A stretch of 64,000 bases of DNA from Eubacteriales bacterium (lineage in GTDB: Bacteria; Bacillota; Clostridia; Lachnospirales; Lachnospiraceae), in the NCBI GenBank assembly GCA_030537195.1, contig JAUNOK010000002.1, positions 21,632 to 85,631 on the forward strand. The letters are read 5' to 3'. Every line of letters begins with the position of its first letter. The stretch's first letter is position 1. This document shows, one piece after another, positions 10,475 to 20,962 of the stretch. Both the position numbers and the translations under genes were made by a program. The notes beneath the pieces were generated by a model. That model was not told the origin of the DNA, ran no database searches, and was given only the letters and a program-made list of their open reading frames with translations.

Positions 10475-11785
10475 ATGGCAAAGAAACCTTATTCAGAAAG
10501 AAATTTAAAGTTTGAAACATTACAGCTTCATGTAGGACAGGAACAGCCTGATCCAGTAACAGATGCTAGAGCAGTACCTATTTACCTTACATCATCATAT
10601 GTATTCCATAATAGCCAGCATGCTGCTGACAGATTTGGTCTTAAGGATGCAGGTAACATCTATGGACGTCTTACTAACCCAACAGAAGATGTATTCGAGA
10701 AGAGAATCGCAGCTCTTGAGGGTGGTGTAGCAGCACTTGCAGTTGGTTCTGGTGCAGCAGCTTTAGCTTATGCTTTCCAGGCACTTGCTCATGCAGGAGA
10801 TCACATCGTAGCAGCTAAGAACATCTACGGCGGAACATATAACCTTCTTGCCCACACACTTCCAGATTACGGAATTGAAGCTACATTCGTAGATCCTTTT
10901 GATTATGATGCTATCGAAGCAGCTATCAAGCCTAATACTAAGGCTGTTCAGATTGAGACACTTGGAAATCCTAATTCAGAAGTTGTTGATATCGAAAGAA
11001 TTGCTAAGATTGCACATGCACACAACATTCCACTTGTTGTTGATAACACATTCGCAACACCTTACCTTGTAAGACCTATCGAATATGGTGCTGATATCGT
11101 TGTTCATTCAGCTACTAAGTTCATCGGTGGTCACGGTACAACACTTGGTGGTGTAATCGTTGATAGTGGTAAGTTTGACTGGGTTGGAGCTGCTGATAAG
11201 TTCCCATGGCTTGTTGAACCAAATGTATCATATCACGGTGTAAGCTTTGCTAAGGATACAGCACCTGCTGCATTCGTTACATATATCAGAGCTATCCTTC
11301 TTCGTGATACAGGAGCTACAATTTCTCCAGTTCATTCATTCATCTTCCTTCAGGGACTTGAAACATTATCACTCAGAGTTGAGAGACATGTAGAGAACGC
11401 ATTAAAGGTTGTTCAGTACTTAAAGAATCAGCCATTAGTTGAGAAGGTAAATCATCCTTCAATCTCTACTAACGAGGAACAGCAGGCTCTTTATAAGAAA
11501 TACTTCCCTAACGGTGGTGGTTCAATCTTCACATTTGAAATCAAGGGCGGCGCTGCTGAAGCACAGAAGTTCATTGATAACCTTGAGTTATTCTCACTTC
11601 TTGCTAATGTTGCCGATGTTAAGTCATTAGCAATCCACCCAGCAAGCACAACTCACTCAGAGTGCAACGAAGCTGAGCTTCTTGACCAGGGAATTAAGCC
11701 TAACACAATCAGACTTTCAATTGGTACAGAGAATATTGATGATATCATTGAAGATCTTGATGAAGCATTCAAGGCTTTACAGTAA
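10475..11785 (+). CDS. metY: O-acetylhomoserine/O-acetylserine sulfhydrylase (Cys/Met metabolism PLP enzyme)
   Basis: KFETLQLHVGQE...YGRLTNPT...HSATKFIGGHGT. Confidence 0.85.
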   Translation: MAKKPYSERNLKFETLQLHVGQEQPDPVTDARAVPIYLTSSYVFHNSQHAADRFGLKDAGNIYGRLTNPTEDVFEKRIAALEGGVAALAVGSGAAALAYAFQALAHAGDHIVAAKNIYGGTYNLLAHTLPDYGIEATFVDPFDYDAIEAAIKPNTKAVQIETLGNPNSEVVDIERIAKIAHAHNIPLVVDNTFATPYLVRPIEYGADIVVHSATKFIGGHGTTLGGVIVDSGKFDWVGAADKFPWLVEPNVSYHGVSFAKDTAPAAFVTYIRAILLRDTGATISPVHSFIFLQGLETLSLRVERHVENALKVVQYLKNQPLVEKVNHPSISTNEEQQALYKKYFPNGGGSIFTFEIKGGAAEAQKFIDNLELFSLLANVADVKSLAIHPASTTHSECNEAELLDQGIKPNTIRLSIGTENIDDIIEDLDEAFKALQ

Positions 11786-11827
11786 TTTGCCATATATATC
11801 CTTTCCGGTATAATATATTTACATCAC

Positions 11828-11872
11828 AAAAGGGGACTGATATTAATTATCAGTCCCCTTTTGAATTAGATT
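11828..11872. terminator. Bidirectional rho-independent terminator
   Basis: aaaaggggactgata-ttaat-tatcagtcccctttt. Confidence 0.55.
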
Positions 11873-11899
11873 ATATTAATCAGCTTTTAATAGGTTATA

Positions 11900-12124
11900 T
11901 TATTTCTTTTTCTTAAAATGTACTTCCGGAACAGCTACACTATCATATGTCACATGTGTCTTATCGCTGTTCTCATCTGTAATCATATCAGAAGATATAT
12001 CAACATCGTCATCGTCGGAATCTCCCTTATGTATCTCTGGAATAGCCAGATTATCATATGACAGATTATAATCTTTCTTAGGAGTGTTACCTTTATTCTT
12101 AACTCTTTTAAATATATTAAACAT
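11900..12124 (-). CDS. Small acidic hypothetical protein (74 aa) with an internal repeat
   Basis: Start Met MFNIFKRV is preceded by RBS ggaggg. Repeated motif YDNLAIPEIHK / YDSVAVPEVHFK flanks a poly-Asp stretch. The longer track ORF overlaps gltS. Confidence 0.4.
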   Translation of the reverse strand: MFNIFKRVKNKGNTPKKDYNLSYDNLAIPEIHKGDSDDDDVDISSDMITDENSDKTHVTYDSVAVPEVHFKKKK

Positions 12125-12143
12125 AGCATTCCCTCCCCAATAA

Positions 12144-13337
12144 TTATAATATATTAATAAAGAATGTAATAACAAGACTGTTAAGGAAATCTGCAAAAAG
12201 GCTTCCTATAAGTGGAATAAGAAGATAAGCCTTAACTGACGGAACATATTTGTCACATACAGCCTGCATATTAGCCATGGCATTAGGAGTAGCACCCATA
12301 CCGAATCCGCAAGTTCCTGCAACAAGTACAGCCGCATCGTAATCTCTTCCCATAACATTGAATACAACAAAATAAGTAAATAAAACAATAACAATAACCT
12401 GTGCTCCAAGAAGTATAACAAGTGGAAAAGCAAGTGAAGCAAGCTGCCATAACTTAAGTGTAATCATCGCCATACCTAAGAACAATGATAAACAGATACC
12501 ACCAAGGTCATTGATTTCGCCCATGTGAATAACAAGCTTTCCATGACCTGCATATTCTGCAATATTACGCATAAGAGCAGCTGCAATCATGGCACCTATA
12601 TATATAGGAAAAGTAAGACCAGTCTTAGTAAGTGCCCATGAAAAGATTGTTCCTAAACCTATAGCAAGTATAAGCTGGAATACGGCTGAAGCATACATTC
12701 TTGAGTGTCTTTCATGCTTCTTCTCATCTTCAACAAGAAGGCTGTCATCCTCTGGAATAGCTGTAGATAAGAGATTCCTTTTTTCAATCAGTCTCTTACC
12801 CAATGGACCACCTACAAGACTTCCGAATATAAGTCCAAATGTAGCTGCGGCAGTACATATTGTCGTTGCACCCTGAACATTAAAATCTTCAAGTACCGGA
12901 CCAAATGCACCTGCTGTACCATGTCCACCGACCATAGGAATAGAACCTGTACACATACCTATAAGTGAATTAAGTCCAAGGACTTTAGACAAGCCAACTG
13001 CAACACAGTTCTGTGTAAATATAAGCACAATGACCAGTCCTAAGAATATAACCATTGACTTTCCGCCCTTCTTAAGTACCTTAAGATTAGCCTGGAAACC
13101 AACTGATGTAAAGAAGAATACCATGCATACTTCTTTAAGTGTGTCATCAAATGAGAATTCCAATATATGTGTTACATAACATATACATGTAAATATAGCA
13201 AATAACAGACCTCCGACAACCGGAGCTGGTATACAGAATCTTTCAAGGAATTTGATTTTCTTTCGTAAATAGCTGCCCAGAAGCAGTACAAGTACTGCGA
13301 TAGCAAGCGTCTGATACATATCTAACTGAACTTTCAT
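12144..13337 (-). CDS. gltS: Sodium/glutamate symporter GltS
   Basis: ESS-family membrane profile; N-terminus MKVQLDMYQTLAIAVLVLLLG. Confidence 0.85.
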   Translation of the reverse strand: MKVQLDMYQTLAIAVLVLLLGSYLRKKIKFLERFCIPAPVVGGLLFAIFTCICYVTHILEFSFDDTLKEVCMVFFFTSVGFQANLKVLKKGGKSMVIFLGLVIVLIFTQNCVAVGLSKVLGLNSLIGMCTGSIPMVGGHGTAGAFGPVLEDFNVQGATTICTAAATFGLIFGSLVGGPLGKRLIEKRNLLSTAIPEDDSLLVEDEKKHERHSRMYASAVFQLILAIGLGTIFSWALTKTGLTFPIYIGAMIAAALMRNIAEYAGHGKLVIHMGEINDLGGICLSLFLGMAMITLKLWQLASLAFPLVILLGAQVIVIVLFTYFVVFNVMGRDYDAAVLVAGTCGFGMGATPNAMANMQAVCDKYVPSVKAYLLIPLIGSLFADFLNSLVITFFINIL

Positions 13338-13383
13338 TAAATTTCTCCATTCTTTATTACATTAACCTGATATACAGAATTAA

Positions 13384-14343
13384 TTATTCTGTCAAAACTT
13401 TGATGCCATGCTCTGTATAATAAGCCGCCGCACCTGAATGAAATGGAATATCCACTCCACTGGATGCTTCATTAACATCGAATGTAATATCAAGAGAAGT
13501 AGCATACTTAAAGTCGTTAGTATGCTCGTATAAAGTCTTAGTCACATTCTTAATCACATCATCTGATAATGACTGCTTTGCAATCAGAACCGCTTTAACA
13601 CCTATTGTTGTAACATCAGCATCCTGTCCCTGATAAGTTCCTGCCGGAATAGTGTACTTTTCACAGAGGGAATATGCTGATAACATCTTATCAATACATT
13701 TGTCATCCAGACTTACAAGGCGTATATCACATTCTTTAGACAACTGATCAATAACTCCGGTTCTTGTTCCTGCAGTACAGAAAAATGCATCAATCTCTCC
13801 ATTCTTAAGTTTTTCTGCAGCTTCAGTATAATCCATATTAACCTTATTAATAAGCTCATCTGTAATGCCACTCATCTTTAATATCTGTTCTGCATTCTTC
13901 TCTGTACCTGATTCCGAAGCACCAACACTTACCGTCTTATTAATCAGATCATCAATACTTGTAATACCAGAATCTTTTCTTACAACAATCTGGCAACCTT
14001 CAGTATAAAGAGAAGCTACTGCTTTGTAGCCTTTCTGATACTTCTTATCAGCAAATGCTCCTGTTGCATTATAGGCATCACTTAACAGGTCTGCCTGAAC
14101 AATAGCAAGATCAATGTAGCCATCAGATATAAGTCTTAAATTGGCAACCGAACCAGCAGTAGTCGTAGTTTCAAATGTATATCCATCAATTTCTTTATCA
14201 GCAAGCTCTGTAAATGTGCTTGCAAACGAATAATACATTCCACCAATATCCGCTGCGCCAAATTTCAGGTTCTTACTATGTCCGCTGCAGCCTGCCATAA
14301 CAAACAACATACAGGACATTAATATACATAATATTTTCTTCAT
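13384..14343 (-). CDS. TRAP transporter solute receptor, TAXI family (lipoprotein), no adjacent permease
   Basis: Lipobox LFVMAGCSG. TAXI-like region TTTAGSVANLRLISDGYIDLAIVQADLL. Confidence 0.7.
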   Translation of the reverse strand: MKKILCILMSCMLFVMAGCSGHSKNLKFGAADIGGMYYSFASTFTELADKEIDGYTFETTTTAGSVANLRLISDGYIDLAIVQADLLSDAYNATGAFADKKYQKGYKAVASLYTEGCQIVVRKDSGITSIDDLINKTVSVGASESGTEKNAEQILKMSGITDELINKVNMDYTEAAEKLKNGEIDAFFCTAGTRTGVIDQLSKECDIRLVSLDDKCIDKMLSAYSLCEKYTIPAGTYQGQDADVTTIGVKAVLIAKQSLSDDVIKNVTKTLYEHTNDFKYATSLDITFDVNEASSGVDIPFHSGAAAYYTEHGIKVLTE

Positions 14344-14347
14344 TCAT

Positions 14348-15517
14348 TTATCCTCGTAATAATAATTCTTTCTCGTAAACTTTACCGTCCTTTATGTACA
14401 TTCTAGGAACACGCTTACTTACTGCACATGTAAGTTCGTATGGAATAGTTCCCGCAAGCTGTGCCATATGTTCAATGGGATTAGCTTTACCAAATATCTC
14501 AACTTCGCTTCCAACGTCCACGTTCATCTTGTCAGTAAGATCAATCATGCACATATCCATACATATCTTACCTCTCTGTGGAGCTGGTCCTTCCTCAGTC
14601 ATAAGTTCATATCTGTTAGAAAGACATCTGAAATATCCATCTGCATATCCATAAGGAACAACTCCCATTCTTGTCTTTCTCTCAGTCTTATATATTCCAC
14701 CATAACTTATTGCTGTTCCGGCAGGGTAAGTCTTAATTGTGCTTACAGTTGTCTTAAGAGACATAACAGGCTTAAGTCCAAGCTCCTGTGCGAAATCTCC
14801 ATAGCCATAGAGCAGAAGTCCCGGTCTTACCATATCAAGCCATGTTTCCGGATATCTTGCAACAGCACCAGTATTGGCACAGTGTCTTATCTTGAATTTC
14901 TTTCCAAGCTTTTCTTCAACCGCATCGATTACGCTTGTAAACAATTCAAACTGATGCTTTGTATAGGCTTCACATTCTTCTCCGAATTCATCAGATACAG
15001 CAAAATGTGTGAATATTCCCTCAGCATCAAGTCCCGGAAGCGAACATCCCTCACATATTCCTTCGACACCACTGTCAAAGTAATCACCATCACACAGATA
15101 TCCAAGTCTTGACATACCAGTATCAACCTTAATGTGAATCTTTAATGTACCGCCACATCTTACAGCTTCTTCACTGTATTCAAGTGCCTTGGCCTTACAT
15201 GTAACAGCCTGTGTTATATTATTCTTAATGAGCTGCTCAACCTCTTCCTTAGGAGTATGACCAAGTATAAGAATTGGCATTGTAATTGAATTATGTCTTA
15301 ATTCTATCGCTTCATCTATACTACTGACAGCAAGATAATCTGCTCCCAAATCCTGTAACAGTCTGCTCACCTGAACAGAACCATGTCCATAGGCATCAGC
15401 TTTAACTACACCTAAGAACTTAACGTTCTCTCCAATTCTTTTACGTAATGTTTCATAATTGTGTGCAAGTGCATCCATATCTATTTCAGCCCATGTTCTT
15501 CTTAATGTTGAATCCAT
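14348..15517 (-). CDS. alr: Alanine racemase
   Basis: PLP-lysine motif VVKADAYGHGSV. Confidence 0.9.
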   Translation of the reverse strand: MDSTLRRTWAEIDMDALAHNYETLRKRIGENVKFLGVVKADAYGHGSVQVSRLLQDLGADYLAVSSIDEAIELRHNSITMPILILGHTPKEEVEQLIKNNITQAVTCKAKALEYSEEAVRCGGTLKIHIKVDTGMSRLGYLCDGDYFDSGVEGICEGCSLPGLDAEGIFTHFAVSDEFGEECEAYTKHQFELFTSVIDAVEEKLGKKFKIRHCANTGAVARYPETWLDMVRPGLLLYGYGDFAQELGLKPVMSLKTTVSTIKTYPAGTAISYGGIYKTERKTRMGVVPYGYADGYFRCLSNRYELMTEEGPAPQRGKICMDMCMIDLTDKMNVDVGSEVEIFGKANPIEHMAQLAGTIPYELTCAVSKRVPRMYIKDGKVYEKELLLRG

Positions 15518-15662
15518 AATAATCTGCCTCCATTATCTAAACATACTTTGTTATTTTACCATTTAATTGATAAATAGTGAATAATTTTTAAATTAATTTT
15601 AGGTTGTCAATTTATGATATAATACATATAAATAGAAAGATGTATCAAAAGGAGAACTTACC

Positions 15663-16838
15663 ATGCATATATCAAAAAACTCAGCTACACATATTGTTGA
15701 AGAAATCTCCAAGCTCGTAAAACAGAATATTAACCTTATGGATGAAACCGGACATATTATTGCCAGCTGTGACAAATCAAGAATCGGTAACTTCCATTAT
15801 GGTGCATACAAGATTATATCTGAATGTCTTGATGAGTATATAATTGATGAAGATGATGCATCCAAGGGTATCAAAAAAGGAATCAATCTTCCGCTTGAAC
15901 TTGATGGTGAAATTGTAGGTGTTATCGGTATGACCGGAATGTATGATGAAGTTATCTCCTCAATCAAACTCGTTAAGAAAATGACTGAGATTCTTCTTAT
16001 GGAAAGCCGCGTCAGCTATCACCAGTTAATGGATAAGCGTGTGCGTAATGCATTTTTCGAAGAATGGCTTATTAACAGTGGGTACAAGAATACCGACGAG
16101 CTTGAGGACAGAGGTAAATCATTGGGTATTGATATCAATCGCCCAAGAAGAGTATTTATTGCAAGTATTGATGAACTTGATAATTACAAAGACTCCCAGG
16201 AAGGTCAGTCTAAGATTGCCAAATTCGAGAATGATGTTGCCGCATTTCTTAACCGTAATAACTGCAAGACACATTTTAGAAATGCATCAAGACAGATTAT
16301 TATTGTTGATGATAAGCCTACTGCTAATATCGTTGAATTTGCTAAAGAGCTTGCTGACTATATATGGAATAAAGAAAATGTTGAGTTAAATATAGGTATT
16401 GATGGCGGTTCAAGTGATGATATGCATATATCATATATTCAGGCACACAGAGCATGGAGTGCTGCAGCTACTGAACATGAACAGATAACCTGCTATGAGA
16501 ATATGAGTCTTGAACTTCTGCTCAGCAGCGTTCCAATGGAAGTGAAACTTGAATATCTCAAGAAAATATTCGGTAATTCTACTAATGAAGAGCTTGCTGA
16601 ACAGATATCGCTTCTTAAGGCATATTTTAATGCGCAGGGTTCTATCCAGACGGCAGCAGATAATCTGTATATTCACAAGAATACGCTGCAGTACAGAATT
16701 ACAAAGCTGAAAGAGCAGACTGGATACGATGTCAGAAAGCCATCTGAGTGTCCTGCACTCTTCCTCGCATACACTATTGCCGAAGAAATTGAGTCAGAAA
16801 ATTATGACTTAAATGTATTGTTACACAACACGAAATAA
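15663..16838 (+). CDS. cdaR: CdaR/SdaR-family sugar diacid regulator (PucR-type C-terminal HTH)
   Basis: C-terminus TAADNLYIHKNTLQYRITKLKEQTGYD; N-terminal diacid-recognition-like domain. tgatataat extended -10 at ~15612-15625. Confidence 0.8.
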   Translation: MHISKNSATHIVEEISKLVKQNINLMDETGHIIASCDKSRIGNFHYGAYKIISECLDEYIIDEDDASKGIKKGINLPLELDGEIVGVIGMTGMYDEVISSIKLVKKMTEILLMESRVSYHQLMDKRVRNAFFEEWLINSGYKNTDELEDRGKSLGIDINRPRRVFIASIDELDNYKDSQEGQSKIAKFENDVAAFLNRNNCKTHFRNASRQIIIVDDKPTANIVEFAKELADYIWNKENVELNIGIDGGSSDDMHISYIQAHRAWSAAATEHEQITCYENMSLELLLSSVPMEVKLEYLKKIFGNSTNEELAEQISLLKAYFNAQGSIQTAADNLYIHKNTLQYRITKLKEQTGYDVRKPSECPALFLAYTIAEEIESENYDLNVLLHNTK

Positions 16839-16960
16839 TTTTATTTTTTATAGTTCCTATACCATACCATTAATAACACCCTCATGTTATGATTGCATCA
16901 TACAAAGCACAAGGAATTGTGCAGTTCGTACAAATATCATATGAAAAGGGGGTGTTTTTT

Positions 16961-18352
16961 ATGTCAGGTATACCACTGATAATCGCATTCGTCTTAGCTA
17001 TCATTGTAATGATAGTGGCCATCTCTAAGTTTAAGGTTCATCCTTTCTTAGCAATTATGGCAATTTCCCTTATTCTTGCAATCATTGCAGGAATTCCTTT
17101 CGTTGACACAGTAACGGAAGATGGAAAAACAATCGCCGGAATTCCAACCGTAATCGGCTCCGGCTTCTCAGGAACATTCAGCAGCATCGGTATTGTTATT
17201 ATATTAGGTGCATTAATTGGATCAGTTCTTGAAAAAACAGGTGCAGCTTTAAAGCTTGCAGATATGGTAATTAAAGTTGTAGGTAAAAAGAGACCTGAAC
17301 TTGCCATTGAACTTATGGGATGGGTTGTTTCAATCCCAGTATTCTGTGATAGTGGTTTCGTAATTCTTAACCCTATCAGAAAAGCCCTTGTAAAGAGAAC
17401 AGCAGCATCAAGTGTTGCCATGACTGTTGCATTGTCAGCAGGTCTTTACATATCACATGTATTTATTCCACCAACACCTGGTCCAATAGCAGCTGCTAAT
17501 ACTCTTGGAGTTGGCGACAACCTTTTACTTGTAATGGGTCTTGGTGTTGTTTGTTCAATATTCCCTCTTATTGCCGGTCTTATCTATGCCAAGTTCATCG
17601 GTAAGAAAGTTAAGAGTGCAGATGAGACAACAGACAACGGTGAAGTAACTAAGACATATGAAGAACTTGTAGCTGAGTACGGCAAGCTTCCTAACGGATT
17701 CAATGCTCTTGCTCCAATCCTTGTTCCTATTATCCTTATGGCTTTAGGTTCAATTTCTTCTATGGCTGGATGGACAGGCCCAATTGATATTGCCTGCACA
17801 TTCTTAGGAAAACCTATTATCGCTTTAGCAGTTGGTACTATATTCGCAGTTATCCAGCTTGCTACAGCACATAAGATGTCAGATTTCTACAACATTACTA
17901 ATGAAACATTAAAGACTGTTGGTCCTATTCTTTTCGTAACAGCAGCAGGTGGAGTTTTAGGAAAGGTTATCTCTTCAAGCTCAATGGTAAGCTTTATTAC
18001 ACAGCATGCAGAAGTTCTCTCTGCAGTTGGTATATTCTTCCCATTCCTCCTTGCAGCTATCTTAAAGACAGCACAGGGTTCTTCAACAGTTGCCATCACA
18101 ACTACAGCAGGTATTATTGCTCCTTTACTTTCAGCACTTGGACTTGCAACTCCAGCAAGAACAGTACTCTGCGTAATGGCTATCGGCGCTGGTGCCATGA
18201 CTGTATCACATGCTAATGATTCATACTTCTGGGTTGTTACTAACTTTGGTGAGATGGATCCTGAACAGGGATATAAGACACAGACAATGTGTACTTTAAT
18301 AATGGGTATTGCAGCAATGATTGAGATATTTGTTCTCTCATTATTCCTGTAA
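16961..18352 (+). CDS. gntP: GntP-family permease (gluconate/glycerate:H+ symporter)
   Basis: Start chosen at ATG 16961 after RBS aaaggggg. GntP-like hydrophobic profile. Confidence 0.85.
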   Translation: MSGIPLIIAFVLAIIVMIVAISKFKVHPFLAIMAISLILAIIAGIPFVDTVTEDGKTIAGIPTVIGSGFSGTFSSIGIVIILGALIGSVLEKTGAALKLADMVIKVVGKKRPELAIELMGWVVSIPVFCDSGFVILNPIRKALVKRTAASSVAMTVALSAGLYISHVFIPPTPGPIAAANTLGVGDNLLLVMGLGVVCSIFPLIAGLIYAKFIGKKVKSADETTDNGEVTKTYEELVAEYGKLPNGFNALAPILVPIILMALGSISSMAGWTGPIDIACTFLGKPIIALAVGTIFAVIQLATAHKMSDFYNITNETLKTVGPILFVTAAGGVLGKVISSSSMVSFITQHAEVLSAVGIFFPFLLAAILKTAQGSSTVAITTTAGIIAPLLSALGLATPARTVLCVMAIGAGAMTVSHANDSYFWVVTNFGEMDPEQGYKTQTMCTLIMGIAAMIEIFVLSLFL

Positions 18353-18396
18353 TCCTGTGTAACCTATAAAGGCTGTTATGCAAAAGGTGGTTAATT

Positions 18397-19632
18397 ATGA
18401 ATAAAGAGTTACGAAATATATCTGATAAAATAATTGATTCTGCCATTAAAGCCGTTCTACCTGATTCCGCAGTTAAAAGAGCGTTAGAAGGTCAGAATTT
18501 CACTGGCAAAATAATTCTGATTGCAGCAGGAAAAGCAGCATGGCAGATGGCATATGCAGCAAGTGAATACCTTGGTGACCGCATAGATAATGGTGTTGTT
18601 GTTACGAAATACGGACATGTTAAGGGAGATATACCACATATTACATGCTATGAAGCAGGACATCCTGTTCCTGATGAGAATTCTTTCAAAGGAACTCAGG
18701 CTGCACTTGAAGCAGTAAGTGGACTTTCGAAGGATGATACCGTTCTGTTCTTATTATCAGGGGGCGGAAGTGCTCTGTTTGAAAAGCCTAAGATCAGTGG
18801 TGAAGAATTGCAGGATATAACAGGTCAGCTTCTTGCTTGTGGAGCTGATATTGTAGAGATTAATACAATCCGTAAGCGCCTGTCTGAAGTAAAAGGCGGT
18901 CGTTTTGCCAAATTATGTGAACCAGCTCATGTATTCTCAATTGTTCTTTCTGATATATTAGGAGATCCTCTTGATATGATTGCCTCTGGTCCTGCCTGCC
19001 CTGATTCATCAACATGTGCAGACGCAAGACATATAATTGAGAAATACAATATCAGAATCTCTGACAAAGCTAATGAATTGATAGATATTGAGACACCTAA
19101 AGAACTTACCAATGTTACAACACATATCAACGGTAGTGTTAAGGAATTATGCCGTGCAGTAGCTGATGAATGTACTGCATATGGATTTGAACCGGTTATA
19201 CTTACAGACCAGTTATGCTGTCAGGCAAAAGAAGCAGGAAGTTTTCTTGCATCAATTGCCAAGACACACGCACAGTCTGGAAAGAAACTTGCCTATATTG
19301 CCGGTGGTGAAACTGTCGTTAATCTTACAGGACACGGAAAAGGCGGACGTAATCAGGAGATTGCTTTATCTGCTGCCGACGGAATTAAAGGCATGACCAA
19401 TGTAGCGGTATTCAGCGTTGGAAGTGACGGAACTGATGGGCCTACAGATGCTGCCGGCGGATATTCAGATGGCGATACATATACAGAATTACATTCTAAA
19501 GGCATAGATATATTCGAGGTTCTCAAGAACAACGATGCATATAATGCACTTAAAGAATGTGGCGGACTCATTATAACAGGTCCGACAGGAACTAATGTTA
19601 ATGATGTTGCTGTCCTGCTTATTGATTCATAA
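18397..19632 (+). CDS. Glycerate 2-kinase, MOFRL family
   Basis: IILIAAGKAAWQMA...LLSGGGSALFE...FSVGSDGTDGPTDAAGGY. Confidence 0.8.
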   Translation: MNKELRNISDKIIDSAIKAVLPDSAVKRALEGQNFTGKIILIAAGKAAWQMAYAASEYLGDRIDNGVVVTKYGHVKGDIPHITCYEAGHPVPDENSFKGTQAALEAVSGLSKDDTVLFLLSGGGSALFEKPKISGEELQDITGQLLACGADIVEINTIRKRLSEVKGGRFAKLCEPAHVFSIVLSDILGDPLDMIASGPACPDSSTCADARHIIEKYNIRISDKANELIDIETPKELTNVTTHINGSVKELCRAVADECTAYGFEPVILTDQLCCQAKEAGSFLASIAKTHAQSGKKLAYIAGGETVVNLTGHGKGGRNQEIALSAADGIKGMTNVAVFSVGSDGTDGPTDAAGGYSDGDTYTELHSKGIDIFEVLKNNDAYNALKECGGLIITGPTGTNVNDVAVLLIDS

Positions 19633-19774
19633 AATATCAAAATAATATTAATTTCTTATATTTATTTTTTAAAAAAGAATAATATGCTATAATAAAAAAG
19701 AATTTAGTGTAATGCTAAATTCTTTTTTATTTTTTAGTAGAGTGGAGAATTTAATACGAGGGGAGAAATCAATT

Positions 19775-20950
19775 ATGGAGCCAGATTACCAGAACAACTA
19801 TCAGAACAGTTATCAGCCTGACTATCGTAACAATTATCAGAACGATAGTTTTCAGGACGACCTTCATCTGGATGATGAAGTATATGAGATTAAGTCCGAC
19901 AGGATTAATCCGGAATATCTTAACAATCCGCCAAGAAGGAAGAAAAGATACTCTGAAACCAATCCTAAAAACATGCCGGTTATACTTATCATTATTCTTG
20001 CCAATTTCATTGCAGGAGTAATGTGTATAATAGCTAACAGCGACCATTTTGACACAGGTGGTCTTAATTACCAGTATATTCACAATAATAAAGAGTATAT
20101 AAGACTTCTTACTTATATGTTCCTGCATGCTAACATACCACATTTTGTTAATAATATGGTTGCACTTTATATATTCGGTTCAAGACTTGAACCCCGTGTC
20201 GGTTCACTTCGTACTGCAATTATATATTTCGGTTCAGGAATTGCATCAGGTCTTGTATCTGTATATGTATCACACCTTATCAATCCAGATGTCATCCGTT
20301 TTGCAGCCGGTGCATCAGGTGCTATATTTGGTGTAATGTGTGCAACTCTGTTTACCAATTTCAGTTCCAAGACTGATTCTAACAAGACAACTGTAATCGT
20401 ATCTATTGCGTTAATTGTTGTATATGCACTCATATCCAACGGTGCTAATGTTGATATTCTCGGTCACTTGGGCGGTGGTATCGCAGGTGGAATTCTTATA
20501 TTCATTCTGTACCATGACAATCTTGATGATGCATTTGAAAGCACTGTATCAACGATAATTGCAATTGTGCTTACCATAATTATAAGTTTTGTTGGTGTCA
20601 GCAGTGCGGGTATTGGAACTAAAGCTAACCCTATGCAGGATTCCCGCATTGATACTGTTAAGTCACAACAGATATTCAAGGATTATACCGTAACCTATGG
20701 AGAGTGCCTTGATAACAAATGTACTGACCCTGAATGGACTATATTCAGTTCTACTGATGACAAGAAAGTTGTAGAATTCAACGGTAATGTAGTATATAAT
20801 AACCTGAATTCTTCATTAACAATTCAATTTGTATATAATGATTCTGATGATTACTGGGCTCTAAGCTATATGGCCCTTAACGGCACTGCAATGGATAGTA
20901 ACGGTGCAGCTCTGCTTCTTAACTATCTATGCAGCGATTACTTCAATTAG
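19775..20950 (+). CDS. Rhomboid-family intramembrane serine protease with low-complexity YQN-repeat N-terminus and C-terminal extracytoplasmic domain
   Basis: Catalytic GASGAIFG serine motif and the later histidine motif GHLGG. Start at ATG 19775 after RBS gaggggag. Confidence 0.75.
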   Translation: MEPDYQNNYQNSYQPDYRNNYQNDSFQDDLHLDDEVYEIKSDRINPEYLNNPPRRKKRYSETNPKNMPVILIIILANFIAGVMCIIANSDHFDTGGLNYQYIHNNKEYIRLLTYMFLHANIPHFVNNMVALYIFGSRLEPRVGSLRTAIIYFGSGIASGLVSVYVSHLINPDVIRFAAGASGAIFGVMCATLFTNFSSKTDSNKTTVIVSIALIVVYALISNGANVDILGHLGGGIAGGILIFILYHDNLDDAFESTVSTIIAIVLTIIISFVGVSSAGIGTKANPMQDSRIDTVKSQQIFKDYTVTYGECLDNKCTDPEWTIFSSTDDKKVVEFNGNVVYNNLNSSLTIQFVYNDSDDYWALSYMALNGTAMDSNGAALLLNYLCSDYFN

Positions 20951-20962
20951 GAGGCGATGTTT

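Noticed and set aside
14394-15126. ORFs 14394..14654(+), 14468..15112(+) and 14929..15126(-), within or overlapping alr
   Set aside because: The overlapping alanine racemase frame is strongly supported. These alternative-frame ORFs are spurious.
19789-19860. YQNNYQN-encoding AAC/CAG-rich repeats as a possible DGR template or simple-sequence contingency locus
   Set aside because: They are in frame within the rhomboid N-terminus and imperfect; this is a coding low-complexity region.
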